This document shows positions 24,181 to 37,276 of a stretch of 64,000 nt of DNA, piece after piece (the stretch's first letter is position 1; each line of letters begins with the position of its first letter). The stretch covers positions 1,240,001 through 1,304,000 of the forward strand of contig CM035358.1 of the NCBI GenBank assembly GCA_020137815.1. The letters run 5' to 3'. A model generated the notes under the pieces. The model made no database searches and had not been told where the DNA came from. It saw only the letters and a list, made by a program, of their open reading frames with translations. Source of the DNA: Hormiphora californensis (Eukaryota > Animalia > Ctenophora). The translations under genes and the position numbers were made by a program.

Positions 24181-26549
24181 GGCAAAAATGCATAATTTGC
24201 GGAAAACTAAGTCCCGAAGAAGTCTACACGTAGTCCCGACGTAGTCCAGACGTAATGGTTTGGGACGCAATAGCTTGAGACGTGTACTACCGACGAATTA
24301 CAGACGTAAAACAAGAATTATTGCATTATGTATTCATAATGCAGTGTTTCCCTGCCCCAGATGGGTGTAAAATTGATGACTAAGCTTCAAAACTGGATTT
24401 CCCGATGAATTCTGCACTCAAAGATCATCCGGGCAGGGAAAAAATAAAAGGAGAGACAAACACTTTATTTGCTCTATAGGGAGCGAGTGAGAGCAAAACG
24501 AGGGATTGCTAGCTACATACACAGTCAGCTTACTACAGTTGCAGTTATGAATAATAATAATAATATGGGGTTTTGCTATACCGCCCAGGCAGAACAGGGC
24601 CAGAGCAGACGAGCTGGCCCTGACACTGATCCACATCAGAGCGGTATGCCTCAAACACATTCTCCTTGTAGATGTTATACTATGATACAGCTGAGTGCTC
24701 ACGTCAATAGCATCAGCTGTATACATGTTTAACATGTTGTTAAGATATTGTTTAGTCTAGTGATTTGGTACTTATGGTTGACTAAAATTGAGTTCAGGAG
24801 CTTCGGCTCCGCACACCATCTCTCTTGTCGTTCTCGTATCAAAACCCATTAAAACAAGTGGAGCTGATACAAATCGAACCAGATGTTCCTGCTACCCGGA
24901 AGTGGCTGGAGTTTCTAGGCTTTGGTGGATCTGGATTCAAACCCGTGTGTACCCGTGGACATGTTTCTGGGGCGTGGAGCACAGGATGAAGATGTGCGAG
25001 TCCTTCGCGGTGCTTGTTGTGCACCTGTCCACGTGGGAATCATCATGTAAAGTGTTCCTCTTCGCACTGACGCAGTGATACGGCAGCCATGTGTTGCCCT
25101 CGGGGATCTACCATTGTTTGAGGAGCTACTGCAGGCGGATGGGTAATGGACTCTAATTCGTCTACCGCAGCACCTGTCATCTGTACACCGAGTGGACTAT
25201 TAAGTTGGGCGGCATCTTGAGGACGTCGTAGGAGTGTTTCGACTGGTTTTGGGACTGTTGTTTCGACTCCTTGTTCCCGTAATGTACCCGTGGTCTGGCT
25301 GAAATGTAAGTTGGCGACTATGAGCGCACGAGGCGCGAGTTCCGGTTGATGCAGACACGGCGAATGATCATCTCTGTTGCCATGGGAGCAGTATACGCAG
25401 AGATACGACTGGGTGGACTCAGACGGGAACTGGTACCATCATGTGACGTAGGAAGCTCGGATGGAGGAACTGGTGTTTCTGGCGGTAGAGTAGAGAGAAT
25501 GGACTATGAGAGAGCGTGTGTGTATTTTATAATTTTATTTATTAGGGATTTTGGGAGCCCATTTAAAATATTTTTTATACTCTAAAAAGTGTAATAAATA
25601 TTTTTATTTTTGTTAGGGGCATATGTTATATTATGATACAGCTGAGTGCTCACGTCAATAGCATCAGCTGTATACATGTTTAACATGTTGTTAAGATATT
25701 GTTTAGTCTAGTGATTTGGTACTTATGGTTGACTAAAATTGAGTTCAGGAGCTTCGGTTCCGCACACCATCTCTCTTGTCGTTCTCGTATCAAAACCCAT
25801 TACAACATAGATAATACTAGCTATCACACACACAAAAAATATAGTTTAAGGGCCCAGAAGAGATCAAGAGCCAGGAATAAACATTCCCAAAATACACACG
25901 GTTCACATTATATCCAGAAAAACTGATACTGGATACTGGTAAAAATAACAGACTTATAGAAAAAAGAAAAAACCTAAGATGCAAAGCCAACAGCCCTAAC
26001 TCTGCTACTACAGCAGCTCAACACAGTAGTCAGCAGCTCTCCTGCGAAAAGCCCAAAAGGGTTAAAAAGGGTTGCAACAAAAGACTACTCGCACCAGCGA
26101 AAGAGACAGATCCCCAGAACCTAGCCTCCGCCAAGGTATGACCTGGGGGAGTGAAAACCACGACCAGAAGAGCCAACGGAAGGGAGGGGAGCTGAGAGGA
26201 TGAAGTCCCGAACCAAAGAATCTGGAGGGGGGAGAAGCAGAGCCCAGGGAAGGAGAGGTGAAAACTCAAAACATGATGACCAGATGAGAGAAACTTTACG
26301 AACAGACCCTCAATGCACGTATAGTACACTGCTCTAACCCTAAACACATTACGTTTCAGTAAATGTAATGTTTATAGTGCGTTTTCAATTACGTTTTTAG
26401 TAAGTCTGTATGGCGTCTGGACAGTGGACTACGCACTGACGTAGTTGGGACGTATGTAGTACGTCTCAAGCGATTGCGTCCCAAACCATAACGTTTGGAC
26501 TACGTCTAGACTACGTCGGGACGTAGTTTTCCGCAAATTTGTTGTTGCC
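24181..26549. mobile_element. Non-autonomous Mutator-like DNA transposon with 9-bp TSD
   Basis: ~110-bp imperfect TIRs (ggcaa..atttgcggaaaacta..tttgggacgcaat / attgcgtcccaaa..tagttttccgcaaat..ttgcc); TSD caacagatt at 24172-24180 and 26550-26558. Confidence 0.85.
24673..25807 (+). mobile_element. Miniature LTR retrotransposon (TRIM-like) nested in the MULE
   Basis: 184-bp direct repeats TG..CA (24673-24856, 25624-25807), 4-bp TSD taga, ~770-bp interior without intact pol. Confidence 0.9.
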
Positions 26550-26918
26550 CAACAGATTTATCATTTTGAAACTCATACAAAGCTTGACAACTCAACATTA
26601 AATCAACCTACAAGGCAGTAGAAAACAAGTGGTCTCACACAATTGTGCATAATAAAGGCACGTCAAAGGGGGTATAAAATACCTTGAACGTCTCAAATAC
26701 CTTGAACGTCTCAATTTTAACAATTTAACTACGTATTTTCAACAAACCAACTGCGTACAGTAAACGAGCCCTCTTTTACTGGCAGAATACACACTGCCTC
26801 GGGCCCCTCGTATGAATTATACAACACTAGAGAATGGATAGTCTCTTGTACTTTTCTCACTATGTTTTGCATGTTAATCTTACTTTCATGCTTGTTATAT
26901 TACCCCTCACTGCATGTG

Positions 26919-27081
<163 letters not shown>

Positions 27082-27103
27082 CCCTCTAAACAAGTTCTTT
27101 CTC

Positions 27104-27257
27104 TATACTCCATTTTTTTCAACTGTTCACCCCCCAAAGTCGTGCACGGAATTGTTTTGCACGTCTTACACATGTTAACGTGTAGCACACGCCACGAAAA
27201 TTTTAAATTTCACTGAAATTTCAATTTTGGGGGAACAGTTGAAAAAAAGGACTTTAG
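27104..27257. mobile_element. MITE, copy of 3756-3908
   Basis: High similarity to 3756-3908. Confidence 0.75.
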
Positions 27258-27959
27258 TCACATTATCCTAAGAGGTCGTCTCTTTACAGGGCAATCTATG
27301 AACTACAAAGTGGCTCCATATTTCTGGCCCACCCTGTATAATAATAATAGACTAAACAGGCTTATAACAGGCCTCATAGGAAAACTGATCTAGTTAGCCA
27401 TGGTTAAAACAACGATATCTCTCAAAAAATAATGAACAGGTGGAAAGGCAGTGCCTTTAAGGCACACAATACGTTATATTATTATATATACCCTGCTAAC
27501 TTAAATAACCCGCCAGCGGCGAGAAGTCCCACTGGCGCGCTCTCAATATACAGCCAGTCCAGCGGCAGATTATTTCCCACTGGCTGGCTGTTTATTATTA
27601 ACTCCTATGTTACATTCAAAGTGTGTGTAAATGATCAGTTCTTACTGAAATACAGAGGGAACACTGTTTGCAAGAGTTACACACTGCATTGGAGAGAAAG
27701 AAACAACACATTCCGTCAATTTCTCTCTGTTTATCTCCCCTTTTGTTTCACTATCTCAATTCCTCTGTGTTATGTCTGGCATGCCCCATATCTTGTTATT
27801 TCTTTCTCTCTCTCCATAGTAACTGTTACCAAACAGTGTACACTCAATTGAGAGATGTTTTTGACTGTTTCTCAGTTCTCTTTGTGTGTTTTGATTAGTG
27901 TTCTCTCTCTTGTTAGTGTGTAATACTTGAAACAAACAACTAAAGCAGGGTATATAACC

Positions 27960-28147
27960 CATAAACTCTGACCAATGGCACGTTATTGGTTTAAACCCCT
28001 CCGCCTCTCCCTCGGCTACGCCTCAGGATCGTCGTCGTGATTTAAACCAGTTTATCCGCCACTGGCGGATAAACTACAGCTACCTTCTCCCAGCGGCGCG
28101 CTGGGAGAAAGGTATCTGAAATAACGTGCCAGTGGCCAGAGTTTATG
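27960..28147. mobile_element. MITE-like inverted-repeat element
   Basis: cataaactctgaccaatggcacgttatt / aataacgtgccagtggccagagtttatg. Confidence 0.7.
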
Positions 28148-28605
28148 CCTCATATAATACTACTTACTCAACAAGGATGCACAAATGCTATAGAAGCTCT
28201 GTGCAGCTCTGTGAGTGGATTTGGGAAATATGCTGTAATAAACTAATGATTGGACTGTGCGTTGTCGGGGAGACTACTCCTTGGTAACTGAGAGATCATA
28301 TTTTATGATCATATTTTATGAGAAGAGCCCATATATATTGATATCTGAGATAAGCAAATAAAAAGTGAAACGAACTGTAACGTAACCAGCGAGTCTACTC
28401 AACTGCAGGTATATATGGCAGCGAAGTGCAGTGACTCAGTTTATACTTTATACGATAGATTTACTGTCAGAGCATTGGCCTGATCCTATTCTCATTTCGC
28501 GAGAACTGTGGTCAAAGCATTGGCCTGGCAGCAGATTTATAGAATATAGTCCACCCTATACTAGTAGAACCAGAAACAAATGTATACTGCCAAAATAAAG
28601 AAATA

Positions 28606-31600
28606 TCAACACGTTTCCAGCCAAGTTAAAAGATCACAATGCTCCTGACAAGATATCCCACTAGTACTCTCGTAAGTGTACGTCCTAAACCCGTCCTCAC
28701 ACTTCCTCACATGCATTCTACAAGTACACCCAGATTCAGTTCCCTCATTCTCAGATTCAGGTGGGCCAGTCATCACTAGCTGACCAAAGAAATCAGTATC
28801 ACCGCCCGACAGTTCTTCTTCTCCAAAGAAATCACCCACGCCCGAGGATCCATCCTCCTCGACTGCCTCATCATCCGAGCTCCTCTCTGAAGAAAGGAGG
28901 TTCTGTAGGGGCTCTGGAAGGAACTGGAACAACGGCCAATGACGCACAGGATAGTGGTGGTGAACTGGTTTTCTGTATCCTTTGACACCACCTATTGGTC
29001 CTATGATCGGTTGCTGAGGCTGTTGGTGAGGTTTGTTATTTTGGTAGGGCTTCAAACGGGGTTGGTATGGTTTCGAAACTCGAGAATTGCTGTACTTTCG
29101 TCTTTGGGCGTTTACTTTCTCGCTTTTCTTTTGTACTTTTCCCTTTCCAGTTGTATACTTCCTTTTTCCCTTTCCGTTCTTTTCTTTTTTGGTATCTTTC
29201 TCGCCACCACTCGCTTTCCTTTCATCTGTGCCTAAGCGACCAACTGGGGTAGTATCTTCAACTTCAAACCTTTCTTGTTTGATTGGTATATCACATTCTC
29301 CACGGCACTTTGCAGCTTCGTCTTCGATGGACTCGGTGCTTCCAGCAGTAGCAGTCTTAGAGGTAGGTATCTTAGTCGTAACATCTTGAGTGCTCAGCCT
29401 TTTAGCAGTATTATCCTCAGTGGTGGGTCTCTTAGTCATTGCAACCTTTCTGGCTTGTACTTGAGTCGTAGCAGCCTTAGCATGCTGAGTCGTAGCAGCC
29501 TTAGTGGTTGGCTTTTCAGTCGTAGCAGCCTTAGTGGTTGGCTTTTTAGTCGTAGCAGCCTTATTGGTTGGGTTTTCAGTCGTACCGGCCTTAAAGGTTG
29601 GGTTTTCAGTCGTAGCAGCCTTAGTGGTTAGCTTTTTAGTCGTAGCAGCCTTAGTGGTCGGCTTTTCAGTCGTAGCAGCCTTAGTGGTTGGCTTTTTAGT
29701 CGTAGCAGCCTTAGTGGTTGGCTTTTTAGTCGTAGCAGACTTAGTGGTTGGCTTTTTAGTCGTAGCGGCCTTAGTGGTTGGGTTTCCAGTCGTAGCATCT
29801 TGAGTGCTCAGCCTTTTAGCAGTATTATCCTCAGTGGTGGGTATCTTAGTCATTGCAACCTTTCTGGCTTGTACTTGAGTCGTAGCAGCCTTAGCATGCT
29901 GAGTCGTAGCAGCCTTAGTGGTCGGCTTTTTAGTCGTAGCAGCCTTAGTGGTTGGTTTTTTGGTCGTAGCGGCTTTAGTGGTTGGCTTTTTAGTCGTAGC
30001 GGCCTTAGTGGTTGGGTTTCCAGTCGTCGCGGCCTTAGTGGTTGGCTTTTCAGTCGTAGCAGCCTTAGTGGTTGGCTTTTCAGTTGTAGCGGCCTTAGTG
30101 GTTTGCTTTTCAGTCGTAGCAGCCTTAGTGGTTGGCTTTTCAGTCGTAGCGGCTTTAGTGGTTGGCTTTTTAGTCGTAGCAGCCTTAGTGGTTGGCTTTT
30201 CAGTCGTAGCGGCCTTAGTGGTAGGCTTTTTAGTCGTAGTAGCCTTAGTGGTTGGCTTTTCAGTCATAGCGGCCTTAGCGGTCGGCTTTTCAGTCGTAGC
30301 GGCCTTAGTGGTTGGCTTTTTAGTCGTAGCAGCCTTAGTGGTTGACTTTTCAGTCGTAGCAGCCTTAGTGGTTGGGTTTTCAGTCGTAGCAGCCTTAGTG
30401 GTTGGCTTTTTAGTCGTAGCGGCCTTAGTGGTTGACTTTTCAGTCGTAGCAGCCTTAGTGGTTGGCTTTTTGGTCGTAGCAGCCTTAGTGGTTGGCTTTT
30501 CAGTCGTAGCGGCCTTAGTGGTCGGCTTTTTAGTCGTAGCAGCCTTAGTGATTGGCTTTTTGGTCGTAGCAGCCTTAATGGTTGGCTTTTCAGTCGTAGC
30601 GGCCTTAGTGGTCGGCTTTTTAGTCGTAGCAGCCTTAGTGGTTGGCTTTTCAGTGGTAACAGGCATAGTGGTTGGCTTTTTGGTGGTAACAGGCATAGTG
30701 GTTGGTGGCTCAGTAGTCTGTCTCTTCGTAGTTCGCGTCTTCGTAGTTCGCGTCTCCGTCGTCCGCCTCTCAGTTGACTGTTTCCCGGTTGACTGTTTCC
30801 CGGTTGTCTGTCTCCCGGTTGTCTGTCTCTTTGTAGTTCGCCTCTCCGTAGTGGGTCGGTCAGTAGTCCGCCTCTCGGTAGTGGGTCGGTCAGTAATCAT
30901 GGTCTGCTCCGCTGGTGGCCCTGTTACATCACCACTTCCAGTGGTAGCCCACATCTCATCAGAACAGCTACACAACTCATTCAAGACGCCTCGTGAAGTG
31001 GTAGTCTCCAGAAACATTGCTGTTACTTCATAGAGGCCGTGTATATCGCCCTTTTCCAGACTCTCAAGTAGCTGAAAAAGAAATATTAGTTAACGGATAT
31101 AATCGAAGATTGCCTTGCCCGACCCTCTCTCCTCTCATGTGTCCTGCATAAGATTTGTTTGAATACACTAAAAAGCCCTCACCTTTCTTAGCAGGGAAAT
31201 CTCCTGAACAGAGTAAGTTTGTTCGTCAGAAAATGCTTTCATAACAGAACCAAGATCAAACTCGGTACCATCAGTGTTTGGCTCAGGAACATCGCACTCG
31301 CAAGAAGTTAGACCGGGGAAAATTTGAGGCAGGGCGAGAATGACTTTCGTTGAGTTGATGTCCCGTTCAGAGAGTATATGTAGAAGAGTGTCAATCGTAG
31401 CATTTGAAGGGGCAGAGGAGGGAACAGACACAGAATCTGAAGGTATATTATCTTATGCGACTCTTTAAAGATAGTTAACAGTTATGCTAAAACATACAAT
31501 GGACCTATGGATTACAAATGGCATGACTTAATGTTCATCAGAATGCATTAGTACAGTCGGACCCCGATTTAGTGGCCCCCGATTTAGTGGCACCCCGATT

Positions 31601-31749
31601 TAGTGGCAGGATTTTTTCCCCGATATAGGAAATTAATGATGATGCCACTAAATCGGTGTCCGACTGTAATACAGCATTACGTATTCTATACAAAACCAAC
31701 CTGTGAGTACAGGCGAGGGAAACAGGAGTAGACACGCAAAGATAATCAT
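28606..31749 (-). CDS. Secreted Thr/Lys/Ala-rich mucin or glue-like protein (exons ~31749-31701, 31437-31183, 31071-28606)
   Basis: Signal peptide MIIFACLLLFPSPVLT; dozens of PTTKAATT[EK]K decapeptides; Cys-containing termini. Confidence 0.8.
31554..31666. mobile_element. Tc1/mariner (pogo-like) MITE, TA TSD
   Basis: ta|cagtcggaccccgattta .. taaatcggtgtccgactg|ta; family copy at 53842-53998. Confidence 0.85.
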
Positions 31750-32190
31750 GATAGGAAATGAGAGGCGATTGTTTTGACGATCATTATGTTACAAAGTTCA
31801 AATATTCAGATGTTTTGACGTGAATGTTGTTAGTGGTCTGAGTAGTGAAAGAGAGAGACAGAGAGAGACAGAGAGAAAGACAGAGATGAAGAGATGAAGA
31901 GGAATAGAGGGAGAGTGAGTGAGATTATGGAAAACTCCGAACCTGTTCAACCCTGGGGATCGAGGTCTTCAGTATTGTTACCAATCTAAATATTCGTTTC
32001 AGCAATAAATTGAAAATTGGTTCACATACAATAACAATAACAATTTCCCATTGGTATTAAAGTTTCGATAGATCCCGGTATATTTCTTCACACAAAGTTC
32101 CATACATCATTTGTATTCTTTTCTCTAACTCTCACGATCTCCTTATCTTTCACGGACGTGATTCTTCTCTTTTTTCTCTCACTCTCCATT

Positions 32191-32248
<58 letters not shown>

Positions 32249-32282
32249 TTCTCACACACACACACACACACACTCACACAAT

Positions 32283-34147
32283 TCACTCATCATCAGTTTC
32301 CTCGACGATCAACATAACTCGGAGCCCTCCAACAAAGTGCAACAAACTGGACGAATCAGAGGGTACCAACTTCTTGGGAAACTGAGTCCACACCTCGTGT
32401 GAGAACATCTCCTTTCTCATCAACCACGTGTAGACATCGGAGCACGTGGTAGACCTATCAAACACCTCGTGTTCTCTCTTCCCGTCCGGTAATCGGAATG
32501 TTATGTTTATCCGATGGGGGTCTATCATGGTATTGTTAGACGAGGATGAAGAGGAAGACTCTGTTGTTGATGATGATGTGGCTGGGTTGATAATCTCGCC
32601 TGCTACTATCCGGAGCACCCCAGGCGCTGATTCCTCTGTCTCGTCAAGAGATGAGGATGAGGAGCTGGTGGTTGGTTGGTCGGTGGATTGGTGAGAGGAG
32701 GAGGAGGGTGCCGGGATGGTATCCATTTGATCCGTGATATCTTGTAACACGCCAGCACCTCTGGGGGAAGAGTTAAGTTAAGACTCGACTGTCGGTCGGT
32801 GGAGAAAGAACAAAATGTGCTAGGAATCGGAGACAGATGGGGAGTTCACTTCCATCTAATGATTTACAGTTAATTAAGATTTATCACACTTCTTACCTAG
32901 TGCAGCGTCGTTTTGAGGGAGGGGGATCCGGGGAGGCGAGGGTACCAAAATGATCAGACAAAAACACATTCATCTCCTGAAGGAGATCATACGAGATACT
33001 GAGCTGTTATTTCGATTAAAAGAATCATAGCGGTTGTTTAAAAATAGAAAAAAAGCACTCATCACAGCGCTGGCAAGCACTAAACACTTGATAAAACATA
33101 CCGAGATGAATTCCTGTTTGGTCAGGAAGGTCCACTGTGCCATCAGCTCCCCAGTCCGCGGATCAATAATCCCGATAAAGGGGGACTGGTGACACTTGTA
33201 GAACTGGACAAAGTGCTCACCTTCCCTCGAGTCTCTGCAGGGTAGATAACGAGTGTTCAAAAAAGCTACAACTAAACAAGCTATGTACTACTACTAAAAA
33301 AGTTATAAACCAAGTTACTAACTGATAAAATGAGTGTTTCCAAAAGTACCTGTATAGTTGCCAGAATAGGAAATGTTGGGATATGATGTGTCTAACCTCC
33401 TGGCAACTCCACAGATCCCTGTTTAACGTCTGACACTTGAAGTCTGATACATCCTGGTGGAGGAGTTGTAATTGGTTAACTGGTTAACTGGTTAATTGGT
33501 TAATTTTAATGAAGGAATGATTCACAGGAGGGAAAAGTATTGCAATTCGTAGATAGATATCTGTGAACTATTGATTCAATCAATTTGATTGAAATATATG
33601 AAGGTTCTTTCACACACCTGCAGATTGACTAGCAGCCATTTCTTGATTTGTTTCCCACGTAACTTTGCGGTTTCTAGTGTACCCATAAATGAGATATCCT
33701 TGGGAGGTTTAAACAAATCCGCCAAACCTGAAAATCGAAAGATTTGTTTAAATACATCGGTTAAATATATATAATAGCTTATTTTGTTTAGAGAGAGTTT
33801 TAGAACTAACCATTTGCTTTTCTTCTAGAAACAGGGTTGGTAAACCTCGTACTAAAATTCCTATCATTCGGGCAATCAAATGCATTAGCGGGCCTCTTTC
33901 CAGTCCTCCCAATCCTCTCCATGGCGGTAGTCTCTACAATCCTCTCGGTTCGAGATGGGATGGGAGCCCTGACATGTTCCTCCATCATTGGTTGATCAGA
34001 GGAGGAGGCCCCAGCGCCGTCCTGTCTGTCCACAAAACACTCGACAGCCAGGCTAACATTGTTATCACATATTGAGAGGTATTTGATGGCCTCCTCTACA
34101 GTACTCCCTGTAACATCCACAAATCTTTGTATTGCGTCAGATGCCAT
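32283..34147 (-). CDS. UBXN7: UBX domain protein 7 (UBA-like, UAS, UBX), multi-exon
   Basis: IQRFVDVTG..LSICDNNVSLAVECF; LFKPP; WLLVNLQ; LNRDLW; IIDPRTGE; FRLPDG..TQFPKK. Confidence 0.88.
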
Positions 34148-34298
34148 GCTGTGTGGGGAATGGAGGGGGTATGATTTTGAGGGCAAATGGCAATGATTTA
34201 GAAACAAAAACCGGTCAGGTACATAAAAAAGTTCTTAATAAAAATCTCTTACACAATAATTAATCATAATATTTCTCTAGATACGAGTTCTATGTCAA

Positions 34299-35804
34299 TT
34301 ATCTTGCCAGATTTCTAAGAGCCTCAACTAGAGTCCTTGTCGGTCTCCCACTCATACCTTTGGGCAGATAACTACACGACTGTGTGCTATCCATGACTCC
34401 CGCAATATCAAGATGCGCCCAACTATCACACTTCACAAACCGCTCCAAAAACTTGGCCGCAGTGATTGAACCGCCATACGGAGTGCTACTGATATTATTG
34501 ACATCAGCAGTCGGGGACTTGAGGAGATCTCCATATTCCGCAAAAAGGGGCATCCTCCATAATCTATCACCTGATACCCTTCCTCCACTTTCAAGTGCAC
34601 TCCACAAGTCCTCACAGGTACTATATGTCCCGGAACATTCACCACCCAGGGCCACGGCCATGGCTCCCGTCAGAGTGGCGGCATCAATAACATGCCGGGG
34701 TTGGAATGTGTCAGAATAACAGAGAGCATCAGCCAATATCAACCTACCCTCGGCATCCGTGTTGTCGACCTGGATAGTAGTACCATCCATAGCAGTCACC
34801 ACATCACCTGGCTTAGTGGCCCGTGCAGATGGCATGTTCTCACACAGGACAATGAGGGAGACGATGTTAATGGGAAGGGACAGAGCAGCCGCAGCTAGTG
34901 TGGCACTGGTCATACACGCTGCCCCACCCATGTCTGCCCTCATAGCGTCCATTCCTTTAGAGGGCTTGATAGAAATACCACCGGTGTCAAAAGTTACCCC
35001 TTTACCAACCATACATACAGGAGCCTCGCCCTCCGCTGCACCTGAGTAGTGGAGTTCTAGTAGGAAGGGTGGTTCGTCGGACCCTTTTGCTACTGACATA
35101 AATGATCCCATTTTCTTTTCCTCTATCCAGTCCCTCTCCCTAACAACAAGCTTTACACGACCATCCGGGAAATCCTCTGCCACTATCTTTTGGATGGTCT
35201 CAACAAATAACCGCGGAGTCATGTGGTTAGCGGGCATCTCCATGAGATATCGGGATAGGTTTTGGTACTTTGCCAAAATTACACCCTCCCTCCAGGCTGA
35301 CTCACATGCTTCAGGTAGGTCAACTGACTTGCACTGGGTAACCTCCGGTGATGGCGTTTTCTTGGACTTTAATGCGTCAAATTTAAAGAGAGATAGCATG
35401 GTCGCTTCGCCTGATGCTTTGGCATTCCCGGCGGAATCTACAACGATTTCTGTTACCGAAGGATCAGATTTCAGGGATGTGACCGCATGTCCAATTGCTG
35501 TTCGAATAGCTTCTGCGTCTGCGTCTCGAGATACAGAATCATAACTTTTCAGCTTTGTAGACTTCTCAATATTAGCCACAGCTATTGCTGGATACTTGGA
35601 ACTGACACCGTAAAATGTCCTACATTTCTTGATAGTGGATATTTTAATCTTCTCAGACAGTTGAGATGCGACCTCGCTATCAAGAGAACTTGCACAGGAG
35701 GACAGCTTGAATTCCTCCCCATCGTAAGACCCAGTTACCACTAGTCCAGTTAAACTCCGATAATGGGAGGGTCGTGAGAGAGCCCTCCGGGTGAAATTGA
35801 GCAT
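34299..35804 (-). CDS. LAP3: M17 leucine aminopeptidase, intronless, probable mitochondrial presequence
   Basis: VGKGVTFDTGG, MRADMGGAA, NTDAEGRL, ATLTGA, HLDIAG; starts MLNFTRRALSR. Confidence 0.95.
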   Translation of the reverse strand: MLNFTRRALSRPSHYRSLTGLVVTGSYDGEEFKLSSCASSLDSEVASQLSEKIKISTIKKCRTFYGVSSKYPAIAVANIEKSTKLKSYDSVSRDADAEAIRTAIGHAVTSLKSDPSVTEIVVDSAGNAKASGEATMLSLFKFDALKSKKTPSPEVTQCKSVDLPEACESAWREGVILAKYQNLSRYLMEMPANHMTPRLFVETIQKIVAEDFPDGRVKLVVRERDWIEEKKMGSFMSVAKGSDEPPFLLELHYSGAAEGEAPVCMVGKGVTFDTGGISIKPSKGMDAMRADMGGAACMTSATLAAAALSLPINIVSLIVLCENMPSARATKPGDVVTAMDGTTIQVDNTDAEGRLILADALCYSDTFQPRHVIDAATLTGAMAVALGGECSGTYSTCEDLWSALESGGRVSGDRLWRMPLFAEYGDLLKSPTADVNNISSTPYGGSITAAKFLERFVKCDSWAHLDIAGVMDSTQSCSYLPKGMSGRPTRTLVEALRNLAR

Positions 35805-36224
35805 GTTTTGGAGCCTAAAATGAAGGAATTTCAACTTATTAACATCCAATGACGTCTCAATATACAATATCCTTGCAATGACTCAATAAATACAGTGCTT
35901 TCCTTGAGCAAAACAACATTGTCAACGCTTTGAACGCCTGTGAACGCGGGTGAAAGGAAAAAAGTTGGAAAAGAAAAAACTTTTGCTTCCCAAAATTTTG
36001 GAAAATTGTGTTTTTGTGACCGACGCGCGCACGATAGTATGCGCTGCAGGCTAGTGCGCGCGTTTTTTGAACTGGCAGCAGAAATCGTCCAAGATTCCAA
36101 AATTTCTGTCTTTTGTTACTTTTTTTACGTCACGCTCTCGTATCCGGCTAGCTGATGAGTGGTGACTATTGACTGACATGTTTAAGTTAGTGGCCTTGGT
36201 CGCATCGTACAACTACTGGGGTGG

Positions 36225-36507
36225 GAAAACGTTAAAATCTAGGTGCCTTCCATTGCTAACAATTCATCGATTTTGGCGGTCGAGACGGATTAGGGCAGTT
36301 GTTAGGGTCGGGTTAGGGTTTCGTTTGGGGTTATCGGTTAGGGCTATCGATTCTCTATCAGATACCGTTTAGTTTACTCAAATCGGCTATGTGGTTCCGC
36401 GGCTATAGCCGTTTGAAAAAAGTCGGTCTAAGTGGTTTTAGGTGTACTTTTTTGGCATCGCGCACCTGTAAACACGCTGCAAGGCACCCAGATTATAATC
36501 GCGCCCA
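36225..36507. mobile_element. MITE-like element with ttaggg repeats
   Basis: Related to 10190-10440 (ttttggca..gcacctgtaaaca..cacccagat). Confidence 0.6.
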
Positions 36508-37276
36508 CTGGGGTGCCGTCGTGTTGGGCCGTAATTTATAAGAAACTGGATAGCGATTTCGGATCACTGATCCGTAAAAAGTCGGCTTCCAGCCTACATG
36601 TGACATATACATATAGCATACTGCATACAGGGGCGGCTCTGCCATGTGGACGATGCGGACGCGTCCGCATTTTTACTTTGGATCACAGAGAGAAAAAGAA
36701 AAAATTAAAGGAAAAGGGTCAATTTTTCTCAAAATTTGATGTTTCAAATGAGATTTTTAGTGAAATCTGCGCGCCACACAGGTTTTTTGCCGTCGCAGTA
36801 TTTTTTTGATCGGCGCGCTACGTCAAAATAGCCAATGCGGACCATCCGCATTTGGTATTTCGACGGAACGCGTGAGTTAAAAATGTTTCGGCCACATTTT
36901 GACCAGAGCGGCTGAAAGCCGCGCACCACCCCTGACTGCATACAGGAGACATCACACGCATGAGAGATCCCTGCCTATGAGACACCGGCTCCACAAACTT
37001 GCAACTTCCATGAGCCAATCTATTTCAGGAGCATCCAGAGCCCAGTTAGTTTTTGTTGGTACGCACAAAAAAACATCAATCTTGTCCGACGTCCGTTGTC
37101 TCATACACGGAGATCTCTCATGCGTTTAGTTTCTTCTATTATCTCATGCTGTGGGTTATCTTCTGTGTGTCTCATAGATTCTCCATCCATCACAAGGTAT
37201 TCATTACAGTATTTGAATTACACCCTTACACCCTACTCTGAATATTAATAGCCATGATAATGTGAGCTGTGGGCAA

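Noticed and set aside
29275-31033. Hydrophobic plus-strand ORFs (VVAALVVGF repeats)
   Set aside because: Antisense shadow of the mucin repeat
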